A DNA stretch of 64,000 bases from Vicugna vicugna (taxonomy: Eukaryota). Below are positions 12,650-25,450 of the stretch, one piece after another. Positions within the stretch are counted from its first letter, which is position 1, and every line of letters begins with the position of its first letter. The stretch is taken from NCBI GenBank assembly GCA_013265495.1, contig MU058000.1, forward strand, positions 3,139,722 to 3,203,721. Reading direction: 5' to 3'. A program made the position numbers and the translations under genes. A model generated the notes under the pieces. It saw nothing but the letters and a program-made list of their open reading frames with translations, did not search any database and was not told where the DNA came from.

Positions 12650-13440
12650 CATTAGACAGGGCTGTCAGCTTCATGTTTGGGCTATTTTCAACAAATAAGG
12701 ATATGGCTAGACTTTTCCTTGAAGACCATCAGCAGAGGCCAAGAAATAGGACACAAGCTTTTGTTCCCGTTATAACTTTCAAATACCTGATGCATAAGAT
12801 TTACCGATTTCTATTTCTTTGGATACTTTATTGTAAACAAAATAAAAGAACTCTGATGAACTTAAGTTAAAAAGAGTTCTTGGATGAAGTGATAACTCCA
12901 GAATCAAAATTAAAATTGCAGAACAAAACTTTGGAGGGCCCAAAGATGGCGGGCTATGCCAAAGCCCTGGTCTTGGGAATCCTCTGGGTACTGCTTTTTG
13001 TGCTGTCATCCTGAAGGACTTCAGCGCAGCATCCAAGTATGAACATTGATGCTCCTCTCCATATGACAAGCAGCAGGAGAAAAAAAATCTCTAATCAAGA
13101 ATCAGGATTTGAGACTCAGGTAGAGCATCTGAATATTTGTATTTGAACGACATGACACTTTAGTCACCAGAAATGCATGGAAGGTACATGCATGCCCATC
13201 ACCACCATGTCCATCAGTGTCTGTGGGATGGTTCCCCAAATCAGAAGGCTATCCCAAAGCTGAGCTGGAAATTCAGTAAATGGGCTTACACCATTCCCTT
13301 GACTCCCTGTCTGGATTTTTCTTGCCATCTACTGACTGAAATACAAATTCCCCATCATTACTCCCCAGTTTATGGGTATAATTAATGAAATATTAATATG
13401 ATGCCCAGCTTTTGATAGTTTTGAAGATAAAACCTCAGTT

Positions 13441-13443
<3 letters not shown>

Positions 13444-13478
<35 letters not shown>
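13444..13478. repeat. (CA)17 microsatellite
   Basis: Perfect CA run. Confidence 0.97.
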
Positions 13479-13480
<2 letters not shown>

Positions 13481-14580
13481 TCCAGATTCCTTTCCTTCTG
13501 TAGCAACTGGAAGTGCCCCCAGGGGTATCATACGATATTCATGAACAAGCATATTATCTTCTTTTGCATGTGGTTACAAAATCACCTCAGCTGCCTTCTG
13601 TGCTGATGTTCCCTAATCCCTTAGTGTCACCATTTTTGTCATTAGGTTGCTCCAGGACACATGCTCCCTTCACTTTGTTCCTTTTGCCAAAACTGCCTTT
13701 AAATCATCACTCCATAATCGCTTGGCCACCATCCTTGTGGCAGCCACCTGTCACCTCGGGGCCATGCTCCAACAGCTCCACTCAAACCGCCTCCTGCCCT
13801 GCAAGACTCCCAGGTTTGTAGCCTCCACTTCCAGGTTCCTCTGCCGGCTGCTGTGGGATGCTCTGCTCCCAGCTCTGCTCCTTTTAATGGATGGTCCATT
13901 GGTGGTCACTACTCACCCTCCGTCTCCCAACTCCCTTTAAGTAAGTAAGCAAACAATGCCCTTCTCTTTGTATAAAGCTTTCAAATAGCAAGTACATACG
14001 TACTTAGGTTTAAAACTCTTAGCTTGCACAGGCAACTTATTTTTCCTCCCTCAATTTTGCACACTGTGTTCAGTGGCTGGACTGAACTTGATTCAAATAA
14101 CAGTGAGCACACAATCCTCAGAGCCATTATTCTGCTCTGATCCTCAAGCTCTGTGCTTGATTCCAACTTGTATTGGCTTCTTTTCACAAAAGAGAATTCT
14201 CTTTAGAGAGTCGTATAATCCCCTCTTGAAATTTCCCCCTTATCAATTAAGCTTCAGGTCCTGGGAAGTATCCGAATATGTATAAAACCCAATCGTTTGC
14301 ACTCTTTCCATCCTTTTACTGGGAGACTCCCCTGCCTCTATAGAAATTAGTTAATTCAAATATACACCAGAGGTGGAGAAGACTCCAAATCACTGTCCAA
14401 TCACTATTCCCTGTTTCCTCAGTCAGGAAATTCTTTTTAAAATCTCATATTTATGTTTCCCTTCATTGAAGCCTGGATTCTTTCTATTGAGACTTTTTCA
14501 ACATAAACAGAGGATCTGTAAATCCTTCTTTTCTCTCTTCCTTCCACTTACTCAGAAATGAAGTTAAGAACTAAAGAATA

Positions 14581-15335
14581 GCTAATTCTTAGAGAGTTTA
14601 CAATATGCTGGCAATTATTTTACACTCCACAGAAATTACCACGTTAACCCTCACTACACCACCATAAGCCTATGAACGAGGTACCATTATCACCACCCCA
14701 GTTTTATAGATGGAAAAGTTAAAGCACACAGAGTGTATATGTGACGTAATATATTTCCTTTGCTTTAGGGGACAAATCCAAAGAAAAATATTGCTACAAT
14801 TTATGTCAAAGAGACAAGTTATATCTTTTGTATAATAAAGACATGATCAGGTAAGCAAACTATTTTCCTGAGTTTGGTGAGCCATCTGAGTTCTGCAAGC
14901 TGTTCTAGCAAACTATAGAACCTAATGAGAGGATTGTGGGAACCTCTAATTTGCAGCCAAGTCAGACAGAAGATATGGGTGATCAAAGGACCCACTACTT
15001 GTGACTGGCATCTGAGGTGGAGGAGGAGGGCTGGACTGCAGGTGAGCTGAGTCCTTAACCTGTGGGGTCTGATGCTAACTCTAGGTAGACAGTGTCAGAA
15101 CTGAGTTGAATTGTAGGACACTTAATGGTTACAGAGACTTAGAGAATTGCCTGTCTAGCAACAACACCCCCTCCCCCAATACATATTTGGGGGCCAGAAT
15201 TACTGAGAGAAGAGTGTGAGAAAAGTGTAGAGAGAAAAACAGCATGTTTTCTTTCAGTCTGGCATCATTCAAAGTCACCCCATTAGTATGTGGCAGAGTT
15301 AGTATTTGAAACCATATAGTTGACTGCTTCTAAAC
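14581..15335 (-). mobile_element. MIR split into ~14581-14733 and ~15266-15335 by an LTR insertion
   Basis: ccccagttttatagatggaaaagttaaagcacacagag continues as aaagtcaccccattagtatgtggcagagttagtatttgaaacc. Confidence 0.7.
14734..15256 (+). mobile_element. MER21C-like ERVL LTR with most of its 5' half deleted
   Basis: ttcctgagtt...ttctagcaaa...gtgggaacc...ttgtgactggcatctgag...tgtggggtctgatgctaactctaggtagacagtgtcagaactgagttgaattgtaggacac. Confidence 0.8.
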
Positions 15336-15371
15336 CCTATGTTTACTCTCTTTAATAGGAGGTGCTTCCCA

Positions 15372-15500
15372 GGGAGGGGGGTAGAGCTCAGTGGTAAAAG
15401 TGCACGCTCAGCATGCACAAGGTCCTGAGTTCAATCCTGAGAACTTCCATCAGAAATAAATAAATAATTATCACCCTATCCTCTTAAAAAGAAAAAAAAA
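15372..15500 (+). mobile_element. Camelid tRNA-derived SINE (Vic-1 type)
   Basis: gggaggggggtagagctcagtggta (A box)...agcatgcacaaggtcctgagttcaatcc (B box), AAAT tail, A run; degenerate TSD with core aggtgcttc on both sides. Confidence 0.9.
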
Positions 15501-16744
15501 GTAGGTGCTTCTCAAAGGTAGGTAAAGTTTACTCTTCAATTACTTAGCTTACTTGACTATTAAGTACTCCTTTTTCTAAATAGCAGTGACAAGAATACAT
15601 TTCTTTTAATAGGATTATTTTTTCAGTATCTAATCAGTACAGGATATTGCATAGTTATTTTATAAGTTACTCTGATTTATATTACTTTGACTTATATTTT
15701 CACATGTTGTTTTTTCTTTACGTATAGATATATTTTAACCAAATCTCATTTTGCACCTTGCTAACTATTGAATTCTCAATGCTCAGTACAGTTCCTAGAA
15801 TATTTTTTGTGCTCAATAAATATGTGTTGGATACATGTATAAATTGGTTAGTACCAATCACTGTGCTATATGCTAAGGCTAAAAAGATAAGGTGTGTTTC
15901 TTGAACATAAGACATAGAAATAGAAAAAGATAATAGTGCAGTGTAGTGAATGCTAAAATTAGTAAATTCAGAACCCTGGGGAACATGGAAAACTGACACA
16001 TATTTGTTTTAATGACATTGAAAGAAGTAGAGGTTTAAAAAATGGAATCATGGAGCTTCAGTTCCTTTACATGTACACTATACTCCTTTTTTCCTTTCCT
16101 GTTCCAAGATGACCCTGCTAATGGTACCTATAATGTTTGAGAATAACTAAAGAGAGATGGATGTGTCCTGATATGCTCTACAAATTGAACCATGAGTGGT
16201 CAGTGTGTCATCTGTTTAGTATCTGCGGCCGCGGTCTTGGGTTGGTCCTGGGTTCCTTTGATCTTTGTAGCAATGACTAATTAGCCTTTAATAGCCAAAG
16301 AAAAGCTCTATTCCAAAGGGAATGTTCTACATCTATTTCAGCTGGGTTCACACTTAAGCTTTGTTATCTCTCCCTGCCATCGACACTTGGCTGCCTGACT
16401 TAATGTCAGGTATTTTCTCCAGCCCACCCTGGCTTCAGTTCAAAAGTATATCCTCGCTCCTCTCTTGGCCAAGATACATTCTGGTAACACCACGTTCTGT
16501 TACTGTAACTTGTTGTCCAGGGTACATTCTGTTAATCCATTTTCAATGGAGATATCTCTACCAAGTACCTACTGTGTGCTGGAGGAAATAAAGAAGAAAA
16601 AAAAAGTTCTAGCCTCAGTCCTCAAATACTTGAAATATGGCTAAAAAGACAAAATTTCTGTTCAGGAAACAACTGCAGAACAATGCAAGATAGCAAATAA
16701 TCAAGTGGTGAAATGTGTGCAACAGTTAGTAAGTGTTTTAAGGG

Positions 16745-18434
16745 AAACTTCTCATCACATCATAATCAAATTGTTGAAAGCTAAAGACGAAGGAAAAAAC
16801 CTTGAAAACAACCAGAAAAATGACATTACCTTTAGGGAACAATGCTTTTAATATAAGTAAATTTCTCATTGGAAACCATGAGTCAGAAGAAAATGGTGGA
16901 CGTATATAAAGTGCTAAAATGAAGTCAAAGAGCAGTCAACCTAAAATTCAATATTTTGCAAAAATATCCTTCAGAAATAAAGATGAAATCAAGGAAATAA
17001 AGAGATTTCATTGTCAAAAGACCTGCTCCAAAAGAACTGATAAAGGAAGTTCTTTAAACAGTAGGGTAGTGATTCCAGAATGAAACTTGAAACGGCAGAA
17101 AAGAAGGCAGAGAAGCAAAAACCCTAACTATCTGAGTAAAAACAATAGACTATGCTTCTTGAGTTCCTTAAAATATAAATGACAGTTGGAAACAGAAGTT
17201 AAACTATTTCCTCATGGTATTTTAATGTAAATATATGTAATATATAGGACCATAAAGGGGAAAAGGTAAAAAGAAAAAAAAAAGCCTCTGTAAGGTTTTT
17301 ACATTCCTCTTAAAATGATTAAATACTAATTCTAAGTTGAATGTGAAAATGATGATTTTTATATTATAATCCCTAGAGCAATCACAAAATAACCATTCAA
17401 GAAGGTACAGTAAAAAAGTACCAGAAAAATAAAATAAAAAACAAATAAATTTCAAATAAAATCTGCAGAAGGCATGAGAATGAAAAAACATATAGTTCAG
17501 ACAGGAAACAAATCATAAAAAGCAGACCTAATCCAAACATATCAAAAATTACATTAAATGTAAATGATTTAAATAAACCAATTAAAAGACAGAGGGTGAC
17601 AGGAAGGATTAAAATTAATCCATTATATGCTGTATTCAAGAAACTCTCTTTGGTTATAATTACATAATAGGATAAAAATAAAAAGTTGTAAAAAGACATA
17701 CCATGCAAACCCTGATGAAAATCTTGAGTGGTTGCATTAATATCAATTAAATTAGACTTGAGAGGAAGTAATATCACTAGTAACAAAGAGGAATTATTAT
17801 TATGTAAAAAGGATCAGAGCACAAAAAGATACAATAATCAACAACGTGGATTCATCTCACAGAAGTTGCAAATACATGAGGCAAAATCACTGCATAAAAA
17901 AGTTTGACAGTTTCTATAAAGTTAAACACCCCATGACTCAACAACGCCACTCTTAACTATTTATCCTAGATTACGTTCACATGCAAACCTGTATAAGAAT
18001 GTTCATATCAGCTCTACTCATTGTCTCCAAAAACTGGAAACAATCCAATTGTCCTTCGACAAGAGAATGGCTAACAAACTGGGAACATCTATAATGTGAA
18101 ATCCAATCAGCAATAAAAAGAAATGAAGTGCTGGTACACACAACACAACACCCTGGAAGAATCTCAAACGCATTATGCTCAAAATGTGACATGCTGCATG
18201 ACTCCTCTTCTATGTCACTCTTGAAAAGATCAAAGTAATAAGGAACTCAGTCATTGGTTCTTAGGGTTTGGAGGTGGGAAGAAGATGTGATTATAAAGTG
18301 ATAGCACAAGGAAAGCTTAGGGAGGTGATAAAACTTTGAATCCTAATTTTGACTATGAATCTATACATGTATTAAAATTCATAGAACCATACAAGAAAAA
18401 AGTCAACTTCACTGTATGATAAATTAAAAAAAAA
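16745..18434 (+). mobile_element. Old L1 (L1MD/L1ME-like): ORF1 3' part and ORF2 start, then ORF2 end and 3' UTR
   Basis: Degenerate ORF1 HIIIKLLKAKD; ORF2 start ITLNVNDLN-PIKRQR near 17548; jump at ~17895 to the 3' end, ending in an A tail. Confidence 0.85.
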
Positions 18435-18639
18435 TGCTTAACACTGAATTCAAACTTTCCCCACACTTCTCAAGTCCATAGATTATCACATATGCATATA
18501 ATATTTCATATGCATATACATTATTTGTCCATTATGCAAAATACATTATTTCATTTTTATCTCCTGATATGGGGATAAAATTTTTTTTTTTCCTGCCTAG
18601 ATTCTTTTATTCTCCATCTGACCATTGTTGAAGACAGAA

Positions 18640-18836
18640 CAGGGGCTATCTTTGGACAGAAAGGGAAAGTTTTGTCAGAGAATTCTTTAGAGTCATGCGG
18701 TGCTGGTAACGTTTAATATTCTAATCATGGTGGCGTTTACATGGGTTGATACATTTTCTCTAAATTCATCAAATAATCTGTGCCCTTTTCTATGTGCACA
18801 AAAAAATAGTTTGAAATGAAAATTAAAAAAAAAAAA
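18640..18836 (+). mobile_element. L1ME-like 3' terminal fragment
   Basis: ggtgctggtaacgttt...tggtggcgtttacatgggt...aaattcatcaa...tgtgcccttttctatgtg plus A tail. Confidence 0.65.
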
Positions 18837-19515
18837 TCCAACAAAGTGATAAAATCTTACCCAGCATTTCAGACCAATTTAAAATGTTAATTCCCCTGAA
18901 GCCTTTCCCCATCCTCCTGGAGAGCAGCCCACAGCAGTCTGACCGTGCCTCTGGCTCAACTGCAAACTGGTCATACTGTGTGATAATCACTCATGCATGT
19001 GTGTGTGTGCGCATATTCACACATGTTTTTATGTGTGTATCCTTCACTGTCCGGGTTGGCAAGAGAACATAAAATGTTTCAATTCTTATCACTCTGCAAG
19101 CACATGGCTGGTGCCAACAATCATATATTCAATGAACATTGAAAAAAAAAAACGTATGTAGAACGACTATGTGTAGGAATGGTCCACATAGGCCCTAGTT
19201 TCTTCCACCTGGCATCTCACTGCTGGCCCTCCTTCCCAAGCTTGAACATATCCGATGCTGCATCATCTAAACAACTCCTTTTTTCCTTTTTTCCCTTTGA
19301 TTCTTTGCTTGACTGCCAATAACCCTTTGATCCATTTATTAATGTGATGGAACCTGTCCCAGTCAAACAGAGATATGCAGAGAGGCGTCCTAGCTGAAGT
19401 GCTTCATAAGAGCCTGCTATTACAGGGCTGGTAGAGAGAAACACAATGTTCCAGTGCATTACAGCTTTATAGGCAAGGTCACTGGATTATGCTTTAGTTC
19501 TTTGATTTCTATGGC

Positions 19516-19666
19516 TTTTTTAATTTTAATTTTAATTTTTTGGGGGGGAAAGTTATTGATTGATTCATTCATTCATTCTTTAATTTTAATGGAGATACCA
19601 GGAATTGAATCCAGGACCTCGTGCATGCTAAGGATGCACTCTAGCACTAAGCTCTACCCTCCACCC
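19516..19666 (-). mobile_element. Camelid tRNA-derived SINE (Vic-1 type), antisense
   Basis: ttttaatggagataccaggaattgaatccaggacctcgtgcatgctaaggatgcactctagcactaagctctaccctcc is the reverse complement of the Vic-1 head. Confidence 0.9.
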
Positions 19667-19796
19667 TGAGGCCTTTTCAGAATGGCCTTTCTTTGCATGG
19701 GGGTGGGGGCTAGTGAGATCCTGAGCAAGATAATTTGTTATATCTAGTCATTCCTAGAAGTGAACTTAAAAGCCCAGCCTACTGCCTGGCTGGGAC

Positions 19797-19858
19797 CACT
19801 GTAGTTGGTAGAATGTTGCAATAGTCTCACTGTAGTTGGCAGAATGTTGCAATAGTCT
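19797..19858. repeat. 31-bp tandem duplication (2 copies, 1 mismatch)
   Basis: cactgtagttgg[t/c]agaatgttgcaatagtct x2. Confidence 0.95.
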
Positions 19859-21649
19859 ATTGAAAAATTCTGGCATGGATTTAACTTGCCAACCCCCATT
19901 GACTCATGGCCGTGATTAAGCTCTAGAATGGTTACTGTACTCATTTGGTGATTTTAGGACCTATGATCATATCGACCATATTAATTTCAATTGATAGAGA
20001 GAGTTTTCACTTTTCTACCCGCCTGACCCCTGAGAATCATTATGTAGGAATGCTCTCAATTGAAAAGAGAAAAAAATATGCTTGAGGAAAGCTATGTGTT
20101 TCCCCTCTTTGACCACAAGACAGAAAGAAAAGATCTGATTCATATTAGCTTGACTTATTTCCATCAAAACTAATGTCCTCTGTCTTCAAGTTGAGCAAAT
20201 TAATCTATCATGCAATAAACTTTTTTGGCTTTGTCTATACAAGCAAACAAATCAAACGGATAAACCTTTTCAAGTGCATACTGACTCCCATTCTACCTGA
20301 ACAATCAGGTTAAAAAGTATTAAACTTCCAAAGAATATGAGTTGAGATACTTCAGCAGATTTGGTGAGTCACCAATTATACATTTATAACAGAAGCTGGA
20401 CTCATCTTCCTCAAGCTGTGATGCAAGGCCTACGAGGTATGTAAAATTCTCAGCAATTGCAAAATTCCATGTAGAGAGCAAAGACATGCTTTAAGACTAA
20501 ATCACCTGCCTTTTTGTGCTAAAAAAAGAAAATAAATGCTTGCTACTAAGTTGGTTAATATGTATAGTAGGTTTTTAAATGAATGGTTAAAAGGAATAAT
20601 AATAATTAGAATAATAATACTGAGCTTTTAGAAAATGCTTTTTATCTTCAAAGCATTTCACAAAAGTGTATGCAGTTAATCTCTGCACCCTAAAAGCAAC
20701 TTGCCAAAATATTTTGTTTCACAACAGATGCATTTCAGAAGGGTTTCACTCATCTTTACATTTTCTTGGGCATAACTCTGTATGTTTAAAAAAAAAAAAA
20801 AGGGCTGTAGGAAATAAAACCCATCAAAGCCTTTTTTTGTAATGCAAATAAGCTTCTTTCTGTTCTTTCCAGAGGAAAGCAGTGCTCAGTTGAAACTAAC
20901 TGTAAGCCCAATTCTGTTGAATCTGCGTAATAAGGGTCATTTTGTGCAGGATTGAGGTTCAGCTATTCTGTCTCCACTCAGGTCCAAACAAATGGAAATA
21001 GGCTTAAATGGCAAAGGGCTAAGTAAATATATTTTTAGTTATTTACTGCTGTACAAGAGTTAAATTTACATAAAATAAAAATCTTCACCGAAAGTAGTAA
21101 TTTAGTGGAAACTGAGTAGGAACTTATTATTTTGATGGAGTCCAATCCTTCTTTCCAGCTGCTTCTGGAAAAGCATTTTCAGATGGAGCCAGAGCTGACC
21201 TTCCAGGAGAACACATAAATGTTAAGTGGAAGAATCAGCATGGCGATGGCCTGCAGCAGACTCTGGGGAAGCGGGGGAATTGCCCGGCACCTCTGCTCTC
21301 GGTCTCATTATTGTGCATTTAATGAGATTCAGGGCTAATGCCTGTCTTCCAAGCTGTACAGCAAGTCAGGATGCTAGCCCCAAACTCCTTTCCTTTGGTT
21401 ACTTTCTTTTTATTTAAAAAAAATTACATCAGCAATGCATGTTAATTTTTGACAAATTAATTTAGAGAGATTAATAGGAAGGAAGTAAAAGCAAAAATCT
21501 CCCTCACCCCTGACAGAGATAACATTACCAAATTCTTCTAGACCTCTCCGATAAACAGGTATCGAATTTAACAAAAACCAGTTCTTATTATACTTGTGTA
21601 ATTTAACATTTTTTAAAACCTGATATATGTCCTTATAACTTTTCATGAC

Positions 21650-21691
<42 letters not shown>
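21650..21691. repeat. Compound (TA)n(CA)n microsatellite
   Basis: Seen directly. Confidence 0.95.
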
Positions 21692-23797
21692 ATTGTTCTG
21701 TTATTTGGCATTTTGTTTCTTAATGGAATTTACTAAATGTAATGATCCTCAAATTTACCATATCATAAAATTCACCTGGAGGATTACTTCAAAATACACA
21801 TAGCCATATCCTAGGTGTCCTGCGTTAGAATATCCAGGAAAGCGTCTTGAGAGTCTTTATTTTTAACAAAGCTTTCCAGATTATTTCAGAAACAATGATT
21901 GAAGTCACGTCTTGTATATGTCGTTTGATTCTCATTTTAAAAAATAACCCTCCAATGTTATATCTCTTCATCAAGTTCTAGCCTGATTGTTTTCCTAGAT
22001 TAAATTCAAAGAGGTGGAATTACTCACACAGTATGCGCATTTTAAATGTTTTAGCATATGTTGCCAAATTATTCTTAATCAGGCTATAATAATTTATATC
22101 TTTACAGCTACACATGGGACAACATTCGGTGTCAAGACCAGAGGGAATCGGGATGTGAGGTGTTTGTGCCCCCTTTGGTGGCACTGTGCTCCTGGAACAG
22201 GTGACGGGCAGGACCTTTCGTCCTCAAATCAATTATAACAAGTCATAAAATCTGGGGATGCGTTCTGACGCAAGTCTAATTCATTCTGCAGAAAGTCTCA
22301 AATACGTAAGTTAGAAACTTACACACTTGCTTGCTCCCTCCCTTTCTCCAAACGCTAATATTTTAAACATCCACTATGAAATTTTGAAAGGGGGTATGAC
22401 CACTCTTCTAAATTCAGTATTTAAAAAATTTGGTTCTTAAACAATATGGGGTAATTATTAAAAAAAAAAAAGATTTCCAAACTCACGTAGATCAGTGAAA
22501 AAGTTTTCTGGAAATCTGCATTTTCTAAACCTCCTTAGATATTTCCCACCCACAGTCAGGCGTGAAGACCTCTGCTCAGACGCGCACTCCCAGTTACGGA
22601 GATGGCAGAAACAGCCCCACGCAATTCACTGTTTGGTCCTGTGGTCGATGCAAGTGACAAAGCTGTGATTAGAAGCCGTGTTCCTATCAGTGGCCACAGT
22701 GTGCTTTCCAGTACTTGTATCTGTGATTAGGTCTATAGATTTATCAAAAAATAGGCATTTTTAATTTAAAATCTATAAATAAAAGCTGCTATTTTACAAA
22801 TGTAACCACATTTAGAAAGTTTGATTAAGTAGCTAATACTGCTTCACTAACCAATAAAATCGCATTTATCCTAATGCTTTTAGGTTTTATAGCAGGAAGA
22901 GCTTCCCTATCAATGGAAAATAAAGGCAAATATTTCAGAACTTTATCCAAATATGAAAAGTTTCACGTATCTTCCCACTTTCTCTCCAAAGAGCCCCGGT
23001 TTAAACTTTGTCCTTCCATTCCTCTGAATATAGCGGCAAGAAAGCCGCATTTCTGTGCTAATGGTCTTTAAAGACTTCCTTTCCTGGTTTTTCAGCTCTT
23101 CTAACCTGAGCGTATGCCCTGATGCTGGAGGAACCCAGAAGAGACAGAAAGGAAGGGACAGGGAGGATTTCAAAAAGCATCAAATATAAGAAACTTCAAT
23201 GACTAAGCCTAAAATTTTTAAGAGTTTCTCTATCTTTGATTACCAAATAAGTTTATTCTAAGTGCATGAGCGTTATGTTTTTCTTATTCTTCTTATCTTG
23301 CATACTTTAAAATGTATGTGATTCTCGACTGAGTTATGTTGCCGAGTTAAGTAGGGTCCTAAACAAATGTATGTAATTTTTGCTCCTAGAAAAGCTCCGC
23401 ATAAGCAATTTGACCTGCTCACTTGGGATTACTCAGGTGAAACCCTCTTTTCTATGATATATATCTCATTACTGTTACAGAATTTAGGGGCATTTCAATT
23501 TTGAGCCAATATTTCCATTACTTTTATCTTTCTCAAAAGAGTACTCTTCTGCATTGGGATTTTTCAAGGTTGACATCACCCCGACAAACTACTGTGCTCC
23601 TTCTGAGTGATATGAATGAGGATAAATAGTATTTTTAAAATTTTCACCCTTGCAAAATGCTTCCTCAATATCTTGTGGTGGAGAAATAAGTTTATTACAT
23701 GAATGTTCCAAAATGTAACTTGCTGAGGATATGAAGTGCTTCAATTTACTCAAGTTTAAAATTTGAAAAATATTGTCTTCATCAAGATTGTATGTGC

Positions 23798-23798
<1 letters not shown>

Positions 23799-23832
<34 letters not shown>
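23799..23832. repeat. (TG)17 microsatellite
   Basis: Perfect TG run. Confidence 0.97.
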
Positions 23833-23835
<3 letters not shown>

Positions 23836-24029
23836 ATAAACAGCATCAAGAAAAGAACTATGGAAGGAGCTGACCTTCATATATGCATGATGAATAATCT
23901 TTCATTCTTGTATGTACCTAAGATAAATACTTACATACACATGCATATGCATAGAAACATAAACTGACAGATAGATTTTATTAAATCAGTTACTGAAATT
24001 GAAATATATTTTGAACACCTAGTAGACAC

Positions 24030-25140
24030 AGGTGTATCCAGTTAGATGGCTCAAGCCTCAAATTCAGTAAGTTACAAATTGCATTTCCTCTTTGTCCCAT
24101 CGCATCCAAATTTACTTCTTGTATTATCAGTTTCTATAAGTGGTATCACCATTATCCACCAACTCTCCCCAACATACAGAGAGTCCCTAAGATTTTTAAT
24201 GCCTGAATATCTCTCATGGCTAGATTTTTCACCTAATTGTATTCCATGGAGTCTGTGTTTTATAGGATGTTAGTAGGTGTTAACCCTAAAAAAGGAGAAA
24301 AGAGGAGGAGAAGGAAGAGAAGAAAATGAAAACATTCTGGAGTTACTACATGTGGTGAACACTACATTATGCAAATTAAACATTTCTTAATTTCAGGTTT
24401 TGATGAAATATTTAAAGAATTACAATAAAGAACTGTCACCATTTTTGAATTCGCTTTGTCAAGGAACCATTTCACTGAAACATTCTAGGAAACCTCGTTT
24501 AGTCTATTCCCCTGTTAACCTTTTCTCCACCCACCACTCAAATCTTCACCATCCTTTACCTGGTTTCTGCTGAGAGCTCTCAACTGTTATCCTTGACTTT
24601 ATCCACATCCTGGTTCCAGGCTCCACCTCCTGGGCCTTACTCTCTTTCCATGCTTCCCAATGTTGTCACATTGAATTTTCTGCAATCTGCACCTGCACTT
24701 CAAATCTCTTCATGGTGTTAAAGACAAAGTCCAGATGGCTTAACGTGAATAGCAAAGGTTTTCATAGTTTCACATCTTTGCCTCTACTCTCAGGACAGCC
24801 CCTGGTGCCAGAAGTGCCCTGAGCTCCTTCATTCTCCTGCATATTTGCACACAGTCCCCCGGTCTCTCCATCCTGTCTGTGCCTTCTTAGCTGATGCTCA
24901 TCCTTTAGGAACCGCCATGGGCGTCCTTTCTCGGGGACATCCTCCCCTCTCTGAATGGCTCCCAGTCCTCCCAAGGTGAGGTCCCATGGCCGCCTCCTTT
25001 CCCATCCCACCGCAGCCTGCCTTAGCCCCTCGCACTGAGCACTGAGTGAAATTTCACTGTTGATTTACTCATTTTTTCCCACCAAGGACCTTGACATTCA
25101 CCAATGAGTAGGCAAAGTGGCTGGCGTTAGTTCAAAACCA
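24030..25140 (+). mobile_element. Degraded L2 fragments, probably with a hAT-Charlie fragment at ~24240-24500
   Basis: gtggtatcaccattatccacc; aagacaaagtccagatggcttaacgtgaatagcaaagg; tgctcatcctttagg are L2-like motifs. Confidence 0.5.
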
Positions 25141-25249
25141 TGATTAATTAGTAAATTAATTAATTTCTCCAACATCTAACAATATCAGCATTAGCACCGG
25201 GGTGGCTCCAGCAGGATTCTGGTGTCAAGGAACCCTGTGTGGGCAGGGA

Positions 25250-25450
25250 GTAGAGCTGATGGATGGCAAGTCCAGGAGCCAAACTGTCACTTACTAAGTG
25301 CGTGACTTTGGCACGTGACCTGACTCCTTTATATCTTGCTCTTTTATGTTTTAAAAATTATATGTAGCCTATGGGTAATATTAATGACCACATTTTAGGA
25401 TACGTATGAAGGTAAAATATGTTAATGTAATAGTACCTGGGACAGAGTGT
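25250..25450 (+). mobile_element. MIR
   Basis: ctgtcacttactaagtgcgtgactttggca...atagtacctgggacagag. Confidence 0.65.

Noticed and set aside
15372..15450. tRNA-like sequence with A and B boxes
   Set aside because: It is a SINE head with an AT-rich tail and TSD, not a tRNA gene; the same applies to 19590-19666
17222..17786. Hydrophobic 129-aa and 89-aa minus ORFs resembling membrane proteins
   Set aside because: Antisense reading of A-rich L1 gives F/L/I-rich artefacts
19797..19858. 30-31 bp direct repeats as CRISPR-like units (also 30715-30775)
   Set aside because: Only two adjacent copies, no spacers, eukaryotic DNA
20873..20901. Plus-strand 29-nt exon-like segment (EESSAQLKLT); similar candidates near 51615 and 54384
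   Set aside because: They cannot be chained into a recognisable protein, and such matches are expected by chance in 64 kb
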